Shown here: positions 52,260 to 61,092 of the stretch, piece after piece
Position numbering within the stretch: position 1 is the stretch's first letter
Layout: the number at the start of each line of letters is the position of its first letter
Assembly: GCF_900114015.1 (NCBI RefSeq)
Contig: NZ_FORN01000007.1
Coordinates: 1 to 64,000 of the forward strand
DNA: 64,000 nt
From: Caulobacter sp. UNC279MFTsu5.1
GTDB lineage: Bacteria > Pseudomonadota > Alphaproteobacteria > Caulobacterales > Caulobacteraceae
Reading direction: 5' to 3'
Made by a program: the position numbers and the translations under genes
Notes under the pieces: generated by a model
What the model was told of the DNA's origin: nothing
The model's database searches: none
What the model saw: only the letters and a program-made list of their open reading frames with translations

Positions 52260-52802
52260 ATGACCGCCGCCGAAGACATCCTCGACCGCGCCGCCGCCGC
52301 CGCGCTCGCCCTGGCCGCCGACCGGCCGTGGACGCAGATCAGCCTGCGCGACATCGCCCTGAAGGCCGAGGTGCCGTTCGCCGAACTCTACGCCCGCGCC
52401 GACGGCAAGGGCGCGGTGCTGAACCACCTGGCGGCCCGCTTCGACCGCGCCGCCCTGGCCACGGCCTCGGCCGATGAGGCGACCACCCACGACCGGCTGT
52501 TCGACGCGGCCATGGCCCGGATCGAGGCGATGGAGCCGCATCGCGCCGCCCTGATCGCCATCAGCCGCTCCGAGAGCGTGGTGGTCTCGGCGATGCGCTT
52601 CCCCAGGACCGCCCGCGCCATCCTGGAAGCCGCCGGCGTCGACGCCGTCCCGGCCCGGCTGGCCGCGATGTCGGCGGTCTGGGGCCGCACCCTGCAGGTC
52701 TGGCGCGACGACGAGGGCGCCCTGAACCGCACCATGGCCGAGCTGGACAAGCGCCTGAAGCAGATGGCCTCGGGCCTGGAGAAGGTCGGGGCGGGGTTCT
52801 AG
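52260..52802 (+). CDS. TetR-like regulator (weak HTH match), hypothetical
   Basis: PWTQISLRDIALKAEVPFAELYARADGK resembles a TetR HTH. Confidence 0.4.
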   Translation: MTAAEDILDRAAAAALALAADRPWTQISLRDIALKAEVPFAELYARADGKGAVLNHLAARFDRAALATASADEATTHDRLFDAAMARIEAMEPHRAALIAISRSESVVVSAMRFPRTARAILEAAGVDAVPARLAAMSAVWGRTLQVWRDDEGALNRTMAELDKRLKQMASGLEKVGAGF

Positions 52803-52835
52803 GGGCCGTTTCCCGACGCTCGGACCAACAACCGT

Positions 52836-52875
52836 TGTCATCCCGGAAAGCGCGTAGCGCTTGTCCGGGATGACA
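52836..52875. repeat. Family A palindromic element (short form), copy 7
   Basis: tgtcatcccggaaagcgcgtagcgcttgtccgggatgaca. Confidence 0.75.
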
Positions 52876-52962
52876 ACGGATTTGAAGCTTTGGGCCGGGA
52901 CCAAACAAAAAGCCCGCCGGGAGCGATCCCGGCGGGCTTGCTGTATCAGGCTCGACGCCCGA

Positions 52963-54303
52963 TCAGCTCTTGGTCTGGTTGGTCGGCAGCTTGCAGCCGC
53001 CGCCCACGCCCTTGGCCTGCAGGCACGAGAGCAGTTCGGCCGGCTTGGGAGCGGTCTGGTTCAGCGGATAGGCCATCACCCAGCCCGGCAGGCCGTCCGA
53101 GCAGGCGACTTCGACGAAGCCCTGGGTCGCGGTCTGGCCGATGATGCGCGAGCCGGAGACGGTGCAGCTGCCCTTGCCCAGGCCCTTCAGGTCGGCCGTC
53201 AGGCGCGGATAGGCGGCGTCCGGCTTGGTGAAGCTGCAGCGGTAGCCGTTCATTTCCGAGGTCACGCAGTCGTAGACCGTGTTGCTGGTGGCGGTGAAGA
53301 TGCCGATGCCGCCGTCGGGACGGTTGGAGCACTTCAGCTCGACGATCTCCTTGCGGGGGTCGTTGCTGGGCAGCATGCCGTACTTCTCGACCTTGCAGTC
53401 GAAGCCGGCCTTGGCGGCCAGCTTGCTGTAGAGGCCGGCCTGTTCGGTCTGGGCCGCCACGGCGTCGCTCAGGGTGCAGCCGCCGCCGACATAGCCGGCC
53501 TGGGCGCAGTCGATGGCCTTGACCAGGGCGCCGCCGGCCGAGGCCTGCTGCAGCACGTAGCCCTTGCCGTCCTGGCAGGCGACTTCGAAGTAGTTGTCGG
53601 TCTTGGTGCTGAGGATGTAGCGCTTGTCCTTGATCGCGCAGTTCTTGCCCGAGGCGGCGTTCAGCGTGTCGACGACGGCCAGCTGGGTGGCCTTGTCGGT
53701 CAGCTTGCAGCTGACATTGCCGCCTTCCTCGTACAGCAGGCAGCTGTTGACCGTGACGTCCTGGTCGACATTGATCGGGGCGGAGGTCTGGACGATGTAG
53801 CCGGCGCCGCCCTTACAGGCGACTTCGAAATAGGCGTTCTTGGCGCCGGCGCCGATGGCGCGGGCGTTCTGGATATCGCAGGCCGTCTGGGCCTTGGCCA
53901 GGTACGGCGCCAGGCCGGCCTTCGGATCGGCGTTGCCGGGCAGGACGCAGGCCAGGGCGCTGGGCTTGCCGTCCGCTGCGGCCTGGGCGGTCTCCAGGCA
54001 GCTGTAGGCCTGCGGCGCGGCGTCTTTTTTGGCCAGCAGCGCGAAGCCCAGGCCCTGCTGGCAGGCGACTTCGTAATAGTCGGTGCTGGTCTTCTTGTCG
54101 TTGCCGATCAGGCGGGCGTCAGTAACCGTGCACGAGATGCCGGCGGCCTTGGCGACGTCCGGCGCGGCCTTCATGCCGGCCTCGCGGGATTTGGCGTCGA
54201 CGGCGGCCGGCTTGTCCTTTTCCTTGGCCGCCGAGATCACGGTGGCGGGAACAAGCGCGGCGAGCGCGAGGGCGGCCGTCAAGCCGATCGCGATGGGCCT
54301 CAT
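52963..54303 (-). CDS. Secreted protein made of five tandem ~80-aa four-cysteine repeats, unknown function
   Basis: Signal peptide (MRPIAIGLTAALALAALVPATVISAA), then five repeats with the pattern C-x4-R-x-IG-x6-(D/N)YFEVAC-x2-G-xGY ... C ... G-x-C. A good AGGAGA ribosome-binding site precedes the ATG at 54303. Confidence 0.5.
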   Translation of the reverse strand: MRPIAIGLTAALALAALVPATVISAAKEKDKPAAVDAKSREAGMKAAPDVAKAAGISCTVTDARLIGNDKKTSTDYYEVACQQGLGFALLAKKDAAPQAYSCLETAQAAADGKPSALACVLPGNADPKAGLAPYLAKAQTACDIQNARAIGAGAKNAYFEVACKGGAGYIVQTSAPINVDQDVTVNSCLLYEEGGNVSCKLTDKATQLAVVDTLNAASGKNCAIKDKRYILSTKTDNYFEVACQDGKGYVLQQASAGGALVKAIDCAQAGYVGGGCTLSDAVAAQTEQAGLYSKLAAKAGFDCKVEKYGMLPSNDPRKEIVELKCSNRPDGGIGIFTATSNTVYDCVTSEMNGYRCSFTKPDAAYPRLTADLKGLGKGSCTVSGSRIIGQTATQGFVEVACSDGLPGWVMAYPLNQTAPKPAELLSCLQAKGVGGGCKLPTNQTKS

Positions 54304-54421
54304 GGGGTGCGTCTCCTGGGGTAAATTCCTCGCGGCGGACTTAAGGCCCGCTTGCATCGAGGGTCAAGATGTCGTCCGACGGGGGCGCAATCATGACGAT
54401 GGCCGCGACCGGAGGGCGCAG

Positions 54422-55519
54422 ATGCGGGACGGGATCGAGGACGGCGCGGTCGAACCGCCCGAAAGGTCGTCGAGGCCGCGGTTGGTCTATCCGTTCGAAA
54501 CGGCGCCGGAGACGGGGTCGGGCCAGGCCGTCGAGGTCGCGCCCGGCGTCCTGTGGCTGCGCCAGCCGCTGGGCGGCTCGCTGGGCTTCATCAATGTCTG
54601 GGCGATCGCCGACGGCGAGGGCTGGGCGGTGGTAGACACCGGCTTGCAGACCCAGGAGACCTCGCAGGCCTGGCGCGCGGCCTTCGCCGGCGCCCTGGGC
54701 GGACGGCCCGTCACCCGGGTGATCGTCACCCACCTGCATCCCGATCATGTCGGCCTGGCCGGCTGGATCGTCCGCAAGTTCGACGTCCGCCTGTGGATGA
54801 CCCGGCTGGAATATTTCCAGTGCCGGATGCTGGCGGCCGACACCGGCCGCGCGGCGCCCGAGGACGGGGTGCGGTTCTTCCACGCCGCCGGTTGGGACGA
54901 GGCGGCGATCGACACCTACAAGGCCCGGTTCGGCGGCTTCGGCAAGGCGATCCACCAACTGCCCGACAGCTACCGCCGGATGACCGACGGCGAGGTCTTC
55001 GCGATCGGCGACCACGACTGGCGGGTGGTGACCGGCCAGGGCCACTCGCCCGATCACGCCTGCCTGTGGTGCCAGGACCTGGGCGTGCTGATCTCCGGCG
55101 ACCAGGTGCTGCCCAGGATCTCGTCCAACGTCTCGGTGTTCCCGACCGAGCCGGACGCCGACCCGCTGAGCGACTGGCTCGCCTCGCTGGCCAAGGTGAA
55201 GGCGGTGGCGCCGGACACGGTGCTGGTCCTGCCGGCCCACAACGACCCGTTCCGGGGGCTGCACGCCCGCATCGACGGGTTGATCTCGGGCCACGAGCGG
55301 GCCCTGACGCGACTGGCTGGCAAGCTGGTCGAGCCCAAGCGGGTGGTCGACGTGTTCGGCAGCCTGTTCGCCCGGCCGATCGGCCCGGACCTGCTGGGCA
55401 TGGCCACGGGCGAGGCCCTGGCGCACCTGAACTGCCTGATCGGGCGGGGCTTGGCGGTGCGCGAGGCCGACGGCGACGGGGTGAGCTGGTACCGGGCGGC
55501 GGCTAAGATCGAGATCTAG
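54422..55519 (+). CDS. MBL-fold metallo-hydrolase
   Basis: HxHxDH motif (VTHLHPDHVGLAG) and downstream His/Asp ligands (GHSPDH, DQVLP). GGAGG lies 6 nt upstream of the ATG. Confidence 0.7.
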   Translation: MRDGIEDGAVEPPERSSRPRLVYPFETAPETGSGQAVEVAPGVLWLRQPLGGSLGFINVWAIADGEGWAVVDTGLQTQETSQAWRAAFAGALGGRPVTRVIVTHLHPDHVGLAGWIVRKFDVRLWMTRLEYFQCRMLAADTGRAAPEDGVRFFHAAGWDEAAIDTYKARFGGFGKAIHQLPDSYRRMTDGEVFAIGDHDWRVVTGQGHSPDHACLWCQDLGVLISGDQVLPRISSNVSVFPTEPDADPLSDWLASLAKVKAVAPDTVLVLPAHNDPFRGLHARIDGLISGHERALTRLAGKLVEPKRVVDVFGSLFARPIGPDLLGMATGEALAHLNCLIGRGLAVREADGDGVSWYRAAAKIEI

Positions 55520-55872
55520 CGGTCGGCGATGTACAGGTAGGCGACGCTCTCCGTATCGCCGGCGATGTCGCACGTGCCGTTGCCGGCGACCACGACGGAT
55601 TTGTTCGTGGCGTAGGCCGACAGCAACGTGGCCAGCACGGCCTGGCCGGCCGACGTCTGGGTGCTGAACGACCAGCGGTTCGGAAAATTCGCCGCGCAGG
55701 CCGGAACGCCGGTCCGGGCGCCGCCGTCCTGGAAGAAGTAGGCGACGCCGCTGGGGGTGACCGTGATGTTGTATACGGTCTTGGCCGCCGACACGGAGGC
55801 GCTGGCTCCCGAACCGATCGGCAGCATGACGGCCATCGCCAGGCCCAGGGCCGCCGAGGGGAAGAGTTTCAT
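55516..55872 (-). CDS. Small secreted hypothetical protein (118 aa, 2 Cys)
   Basis: Signal peptide MKLFPSAALGLAMAVMLPIGSGASA, then a beta-rich mature domain. Confidence 0.4.
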   Translation of the reverse strand: MKLFPSAALGLAMAVMLPIGSGASASVSAAKTVYNITVTPSGVAYFFQDGGARTGVPACAANFPNRWSFSTQTSAGQAVLATLLSAYATNKSVVVAGNGTCDIAGDTESVAYLYIADR

Positions 55873-55995
55873 GCGTCTTTCCAGTTCAGATCGCGGAGGT
55901 TGTGTCGAGCGAGCTTCACCATGGACGCCGACCCCCGTCAATCCCGCGACGTCGGCTCCGCCGGCTGACCGACGGAGCCTGATCGGAAAGCGTCC

Positions 55996-56529
55996 TCAGG
56001 CCGGCAGGCGCTTCTCGTACTCGGCCTTGAGCTTGCTCCAGGTGTCCCAGAACGACGCCGTCTGCGGCTTGCCGCCGATCTTGGTGACCAGCACGTCCAG
56101 GTGGGCGTGCCAGCCGGCGCTGACATTGAGCAGCTGGGCGCGGTCGGGCAGGCGGCGGTGGGTGATCGTCAGCAGCACCTTGTCGCCGGCCGGCTCCAGC
56201 TCGAACGACACCTCGCCCTGGTTCCAGGCGATGGCCAGCTTGCGGTTCGGCTCGAGCGCGAGGATCCGGCTCTCCAGGCGGTGTTCGGCGCCGAAGCCCT
56301 CCGGCCGCGTACCGGGCGGGTCGCTCAGCTCGTCGTTGCGCCAGACCAGTTCGAACGGCGTTCCGGCCTTCATCTCCATCTGGCCCGAGGCCAGCCATTG
56401 GCGGCGCAGCTCGCTCTGCGTCAGATAGGCCCAGACGCGGTCGACGGGGCCGGGCAGCAGGCGCTGGATCTTCAGGGTCAGGGGCTCGATCAGTTCGCCA
56501 TAGGCGGAAAGGGTCGCGAGTTCCGTCAT
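55996..56529 (-). CDS. SRPBCC-family protein (AHSA1 / activator of Hsp90 ATPase homolog-like)
   Basis: 177 aa with the AHSA1/Bet v1-like pattern. Its start overlaps the stop of the upstream arsR (ATGA). Confidence 0.7.
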   Translation of the reverse strand: MTELATLSAYGELIEPLTLKIQRLLPGPVDRVWAYLTQSELRRQWLASGQMEMKAGTPFELVWRNDELSDPPGTRPEGFGAEHRLESRILALEPNRKLAIAWNQGEVSFELEPAGDKVLLTITHRRLPDRAQLLNVSAGWHAHLDVLVTKIGGKPQTASFWDTWSKLKAEYEKRLPA

Positions 56530-56894
56530 TGGTCGTCTCCTTGTTTGGCGGGCGGGGTCTTGCGGGCGTCCTCCTCGCGGAGGAGCCGGTCGAGCACGTC
56601 CAGACGGCTGGTCCAGAAGTGTTCGTAGAAGTTCAGCCACTCGTGGGCCGTGGCCAGGGGCCCGGGGTCGAGGCGGCACAGGTGGGTGCGGCCGCGGACC
56701 TCGCGCCGGATCAGGCCGGCGCTTTCCAGGGCCTTGATGTGCTTGGAGGCGGCGGCCAGCGAGATCGAGAACGGCTCGGCCAGCTGGCCCACCGTCCGTT
56801 CGCCGTTCGCCAGGTCGCGCAGCATCCGGCGACGGGTGGCGTCGCCGAGGGCGTGGAAGACGGCGTCCAGCGGAGGGGCAAGTAATTCAACCAT
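56526..56894 (-). CDS. ArsR/SmtB-family transcriptional regulator
   Basis: DAVFHALGDATRRRMLRDLANGERTVGQLAEPFSISLAAASKHIKALESAGLI is an ArsR-type winged HTH. Confidence 0.8.
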   Translation of the reverse strand: MVELLAPPLDAVFHALGDATRRRMLRDLANGERTVGQLAEPFSISLAAASKHIKALESAGLIRREVRGRTHLCRLDPGPLATAHEWLNFYEHFWTSRLDVLDRLLREEDARKTPPAKQGDDQ

Positions 56895-56903
56895 GTGGTT
56901 GAA
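56886..56903. promoter_or_regulatory. Operator-like palindrome TTCAACC-atgt-GGTTGAA overlapping the arsR start codon
   Basis: Inverted repeat TCAACC-N4-GGTTGA. A second, perfect copy lies 40 bp away (next feature). Confidence 0.45.
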
Positions 56904-56926
56904 TGTGTAGGACGGCCCGTGAAGAG

Positions 56927-56942
56927 TCAACCGATCGGTTGA
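56927..56942. promoter_or_regulatory. Operator-like perfect palindrome TCAACC-gatc-GGTTGA
   Basis: Same half-sites as 56886-56903. It lies in the arsR/marR divergent intergenic region, about 66 nt upstream of marR. Confidence 0.45.
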
Positions 56943-57008
56943 ATAAATCCACCGCGAAGCCAAAACATTCGTTTGATATTTCGTGCGCGAACTATAATCT
57001 CGCCCGCC

Positions 57009-57452
57009 ATGACCACGCCGCCCGACCGACGCCTCGTCTTCCTGCTCAACGTCGCCCATCGGCGCGTGACCCGCTACATCGAGGCCAAGATGGCCGCCAA
57101 GGGCGGGCTGACCGCCGCCCAGTCCGGGGCCCTGTTCGTGCTGGGCCAGAAGGACGGCGCCCTGATCGGCGAGGCCGCCGAGGCCCTGGACCTGGCGCCC
57201 TCGGCCATGACCGGGCTGGTCGACCGCATGGTCCGCGCCGAACTGGTCGAGCGCCGGCCCGATCCCAAGGACGGCCGCGCCTTCCGCCTGCACCTGACCA
57301 CCCACGGCGAAGCGGCCCGCGAGGAGGCCAAGGCCGGGGTCGAAGGCCTGAACGCCCGTCTCACCGAAGGCTTCACGGACGAGGAGATCGCCGTGGTGTC
57401 GCGCTGGCTGACCAGCCTGCAAACGAAATTCCCCAAAGGAGACCCGCAATGA
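57009..57452 (+). CDS. MarR-family transcriptional regulator
   Basis: LTAAQSGALFVLGQKDGALIGEAAEALDLAPSAMTGLVDRMVRAELVERRPDPKDGRAFRLHLT is a MarR winged HTH. Confidence 0.8.
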   Translation: MTTPPDRRLVFLLNVAHRRVTRYIEAKMAAKGGLTAAQSGALFVLGQKDGALIGEAAEALDLAPSAMTGLVDRMVRAELVERRPDPKDGRAFRLHLTTHGEAAREEAKAGVEGLNARLTEGFTDEEIAVVSRWLTSLQTKFPKGDPQ

Positions 57453-58219
57453 CTGATCACGTCCAAGTGGCCGTCGACGCCGGCGTGATGACCCTCACCC
57501 TGGCGCGCCCGGACAAGAAGAACGCGCTTAGCAACGCCATGTACGGCGTGCTGGCCGACAGCCTCGAAAAGGCCGAGCGCGACCCGTCGGTGCGCGTGGT
57601 GGTGTTCCAGGCCGACGGCGACAGCTTCAGCGCCGGCAACGACCTGCAGGACTTCGCCGCCCAGGCTGCCGGCGCCTTCGAGGGCGAGCGCCACGTGATG
57701 CGGTTCCTCAAGGCCTTGGCCAAGGCCACGCGGCCGCTGGTCGCCGCCGTCCAGGGCCAGGCCGTGGGCGTGGGCACGACCATGCTGCTGCATTGCGACC
57801 TGGTGTTCACCAGCCCGGACGCGAAGCTGACCGTGCCGTTCGTCAACCTGGCCCTGGTGCCGGAGGCGGCCTCCAGCCTGCTGCTGCCGGCCCGCATCGG
57901 CCACGCCCGCGCCTACGCCATGTTCGCCCTGGGCGAGGCGGTCAGCGGCGAGACCGCCGCCGCTTGGGGGATCGCCAACGCCTGCGTGCCGCTGGAGGAC
58001 CTGCGCGCCCGGGCCCGCGCCGCCGCCGACCAGCTGGCCAAGCGCCCGCTGGGCGCCCTGACCGCCACCAAGGGCCTGATGCGCGACGCCGGGGCCATCT
58101 CGGCCCTGATGGACAAGGAAGGCGAGCTGTTCGCCGCCCGTCTGCAGACCGCCGAGGCGCGGGAGGCGTTCATGGCCTTCGCCGAGCGTCGTGCGCCGGA
58201 CTTCAGCAAGGTCGGCTGA
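57450..58219 (+). CDS. Enoyl-CoA hydratase/isomerase family protein
   Basis: Crotonase fold (VVVFQADGDSFSAGNDLQDF ... AAVQGQAVGVGTTMLLHCDLVF). Its start overlaps the marR stop (ATGA). Confidence 0.8.
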
Positions 58220-58220
58220 G

Positions 58221-58634
58221 GTGACGCTGGCCCTGGTCCTGGCGGCGGCGCTGTTCGCCCTTTCGGGGATCCATCTCTACTGGGGGCTGGGCGGTCGCTG
58301 GCCGGGTCATGACGAGGCCTCGATGGTCGAGCACGTCGTAGGCCGCACGCGCGGCATGCGCGCGCCGGGCCTGCCGGCTTCCGCCGGGGTCGCCCTGGCC
58401 CTGGCGGCGGGCGGCGTCCTGGTGCTGGCGAGCCTGACGCCGACGCCTTGGGACGGGTGGCTGAAGGCCGCGCGCTGGGGGCTGCTGGCGGTGTTCGCCG
58501 GACGCGGCCTGGCGACCTATGTCCCGCCGGTGTTCCGTTACGCCGAGGGCACGCCGTTCGCGACGCTCAATCGTCGGGCCTACGGGCCGCTGTGCCTGGC
58601 GATCGCCTTGGGGATCCTGATCTTGCAGCTGTAG
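58221..58634 (+). CDS. DUF3995-like small membrane protein
   Basis: Four TM helices (GIHLYWGLGGRWPG motif). GTG start. Confidence 0.4.
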   Translation: MTLALVLAAALFALSGIHLYWGLGGRWPGHDEASMVEHVVGRTRGMRAPGLPASAGVALALAAGGVLVLASLTPTPWDGWLKAARWGLLAVFAGRGLATYVPPVFRYAEGTPFATLNRRAYGPLCLAIALGILILQL

Positions 58635-58671
58635 CGTTCGGCACAACGATAAAATCAAGGGAGCGAACACC

Positions 58672-59634
58672 ATGGCCGACCGCATAAAGTCCCCTTTCGG
58701 GCCCTACACCGACGCCCGCGACGTCGTCGCCGGCCACGACCTGAGCGGCAAGGTCGCCATCGTCACCGGCGGGGCCACCGGCATCGGCGTCGAGACCGCC
58801 CGCGCCTTGGCCGAGGCCGGGGCCGAGGTGGTGATCGCCGTGCGCAAGCCGGATCTCGCCGAGGCGGCGGTGGCCGACATCGCCAGGGCGGCCAAGGGCA
58901 AGGTGTCGTGGTCGATGCTGGACCTCTCCAGCTTCCGGTCGATCCGCGCCTTCGCCGAGCGCTGGGGCGAGCGGCCGCTGAACCTGCTGATCAACAACGC
59001 CGGCGTCATGGCCTGTCCGCTCGCCTACACCGAGGACGGGCTGGAGATGCAGATCGGCACGAACCACTTCGGCCACTTCCTGTTGTCATTGCTGCTGGCC
59101 CCGAACCTGGCGGCGGGCGCCAAGCGATCCGGCAAGGCCTCGCGCCTGGTGTCGCTGTCGTCGATCGGCCACCGCCGCGGTCCGATGAACTTCGAGGATC
59201 CGCACTTCCGCCACCGCCCCTACGACAAGTGGGAGAGCTACGGCCAGGCCAAGACCGCCAACGCCCTGTTCGCGGTGGGTTTCGACCGGCGGTTCAGGGA
59301 CCAGGGCGTGCGGGCCAATGCGGTGATGCCGGGCGGCATCTTCACGCCGCTGCAGCGCCACCTGCCGATCGAGGAGCAGAAGACGCTGGGATGGCTGGAT
59401 GACGAGGGCAAGCCGCGCGACGGCTTCAAGACCCCGCAGCAGGGCGCCTCGACCAGTGTCTGGGCCGCGGTGGGCGACGAGCTGGAGGGGCGAGGCGGGC
59501 TCTATCTGGAAGACCTGGCCCAGGCCGCGCCGTGGAGCAAGGACCATCCCTGGGCCGGCGTCATGCCTCACGCCCTGGATCCCGAAGCGGCCGAACGGCT
59601 GTGGGCCCTGTCGGTGGAGACCACGGGGCTGTGA
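58672..59634 (+). CDS. SDR-family oxidoreductase
   Basis: TGGATGIG Rossmann motif and a YGQAK active-site motif. Confidence 0.8.
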   Translation: MADRIKSPFGPYTDARDVVAGHDLSGKVAIVTGGATGIGVETARALAEAGAEVVIAVRKPDLAEAAVADIARAAKGKVSWSMLDLSSFRSIRAFAERWGERPLNLLINNAGVMACPLAYTEDGLEMQIGTNHFGHFLLSLLLAPNLAAGAKRSGKASRLVSLSSIGHRRGPMNFEDPHFRHRPYDKWESYGQAKTANALFAVGFDRRFRDQGVRANAVMPGGIFTPLQRHLPIEEQKTLGWLDDEGKPRDGFKTPQQGASTSVWAAVGDELEGRGGLYLEDLAQAAPWSKDHPWAGVMPHALDPEAAERLWALSVETTGL

Positions 59635-59642
59635 AATCCACG

Positions 59643-59723
59643 CCCTCGACAAGCTCGGGGTGAGGATTTCTTCTGAACCAGCGTATCAACAGCCCTCATC
59701 CCGAGTCTGTCGAACGACGAGGG
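59643..59723. repeat. Family B inverted-repeat element, copy 2
   Basis: ccctcgacaagctcggggtgagg ... ccctcatcccgagtctgtcgaacgacgaggg. It is related to 14072-14161. Confidence 0.7.
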
Positions 59724-59762
59724 CTCCGGCGCCTGGCGAACGCATCTTCAAGGGAGGCTTTC

Positions 59763-60620
59763 ATGAGCCTATCGGGCAAGACCCTCTTCATCACCGGCGC
59801 CTCGCGCGGCATCGGCCTGGCCATCGCCCTGCGCGCGGCCCGCGACGGCGCCAACATCGTCATCGCCGCCAAGACCGCCGAGGCCCATCCCAAGCTGCCC
59901 GGCACCATCTACACCGCCGCCGCCGAGATCGAGGCGGCCGGCGGCAAGGCCCTACCGCTGGTGGTCGACGTGCGCGAGGAGGCCAGCGTCCAGGCGGCGG
60001 TCGACAAGGCGGTCGAGACGTTCGGCGGCATCGACATCTGCGTCAACAACGCCTCGGCGATCTCGCTGACCGGCACGCTGTCGACCGACATGAAGCGCTA
60101 CGACCTGATGCACCAGATCAACGGGCGCGGCACCTTCCTGACCTCGAAGATCTGCCTGCCGCACCTGAAGAGGGCGGCCAACCCGCACATTCTCGCCTTG
60201 TCGCCGCCGCTGGACATCAAGCCCCGCTGGTTCGCGCCGCACGTCGCCTATTCGATGGCCAAGTACAATATGAGCCTGTGCATGCTGGGCCTGGCCGAGG
60301 AGTTCCGCGTCGACGGCGTGGCCTGCAACGCCCTGTGGCCGCGCACCGCCATCGCCACCGCCGCCATCCAGTTCGCCCTGACCGGCGAGGAAGGGCTCAA
60401 GCACTGTCGCACGGTCGAGATCATGGCCGACGCGGCCCACGCGATCTTCGAAAAGCCGTCGCGCGAGTTCACCGGCCAGTTCGTGATCGACGACACCTTC
60501 CTCTACGGCGAGGGCGTGCGCGACTTCGACAAATACCGTGTGGATCCCACCGCCACCCTGATGCCGGACTTCTTCGTGCCCGAGGACAGCGTTCCGCCTC
60601 CGGGAGTGGTGATCGGGTGA
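59763..60620 (+). CDS. SDR-family oxidoreductase (HSDL2-like)
   Basis: TGASRGIG Rossmann motif and a YSMAK active-site motif. Confidence 0.8.
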   Translation: MSLSGKTLFITGASRGIGLAIALRAARDGANIVIAAKTAEAHPKLPGTIYTAAAEIEAAGGKALPLVVDVREEASVQAAVDKAVETFGGIDICVNNASAISLTGTLSTDMKRYDLMHQINGRGTFLTSKICLPHLKRAANPHILALSPPLDIKPRWFAPHVAYSMAKYNMSLCMLGLAEEFRVDGVACNALWPRTAIATAAIQFALTGEEGLKHCRTVEIMADAAHAIFEKPSREFTGQFVIDDTFLYGEGVRDFDKYRVDPTATLMPDFFVPEDSVPPPGVVIG

Positions 60621-60630
60621 CCCAAACACC

Positions 60631-60755
60631 GCTCATCCCGGCGAATGCCGGGACCCAGATCCTACAGCGGAGTGTCGGGCTGGAAGAGCTCTGCGCTTTT
60701 GGCGTCAGCCCCAAAGCCATTCCATCTGGGTCCCGGCATTCGCCGGGATGAGCGG
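60631..60755. repeat. Family A-variant compound palindromic element (~125 bp)
   Basis: gctcatcccggcgaatgccgggaccc ... gggtcccggcattcgccgggatgagcgg. Its terminal unit matches the unit inside cydC. Confidence 0.8.
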
Positions 60756-60756
60756 A

Positions 60757-61092
60757 TTATTTGGGAGGCCGCGTCTTCCGCGCCGCCGCCACCGCGATCG
60801 ACCGCCGGGCCCAGTCGACCATCCGCTCCGGTTCGTCCAGCGCCTCGGCGGGGGCGGACCAGTAGGCCATCGGGCTCATGCCGAACGGCGCGAACTGGAC
60901 GCTGCCGGCCGCCTCGAAATCAGCGCGCAGGGTTTCGTCGCCCTTGAGATACAGGGTGTCGTCGTCGATCAGGGCGAAGAACAGGCCCTGGGCGTAGAGC
61001 CCGACTCCGCCGAACATCCTGCGCGAGGTCAGCGGCCCGACCGGCGCCAACTGCTCGAGCACGAAATCCAGATAGTCCGAAGAGACCGCCAT
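60757..61092 (-). CDS. TfoX/Sxy N-terminal domain protein
   Basis: LDFVLEQLAPVGPLTSRRMFGGVGLYAQGLFFALIDDDTLYLK matches the TfoX N-terminal domain. Confidence 0.65.
   Translation of the reverse strand: MAVSSDYLDFVLEQLAPVGPLTSRRMFGGVGLYAQGLFFALIDDDTLYLKGDETLRADFEAAGSVQFAPFGMSPMAYWSAPAEALDEPERMVDWARRSIAVAAARKTRPPK

Noticed and set aside
55516-55872. Small secreted protein as an AB5-toxin B-subunit homolog
   Set aside because: I saw only a vague size and beta-pattern resemblance. The cysteine spacing does not match CtxB or SubB, and there is no A-subunit gene nearby.
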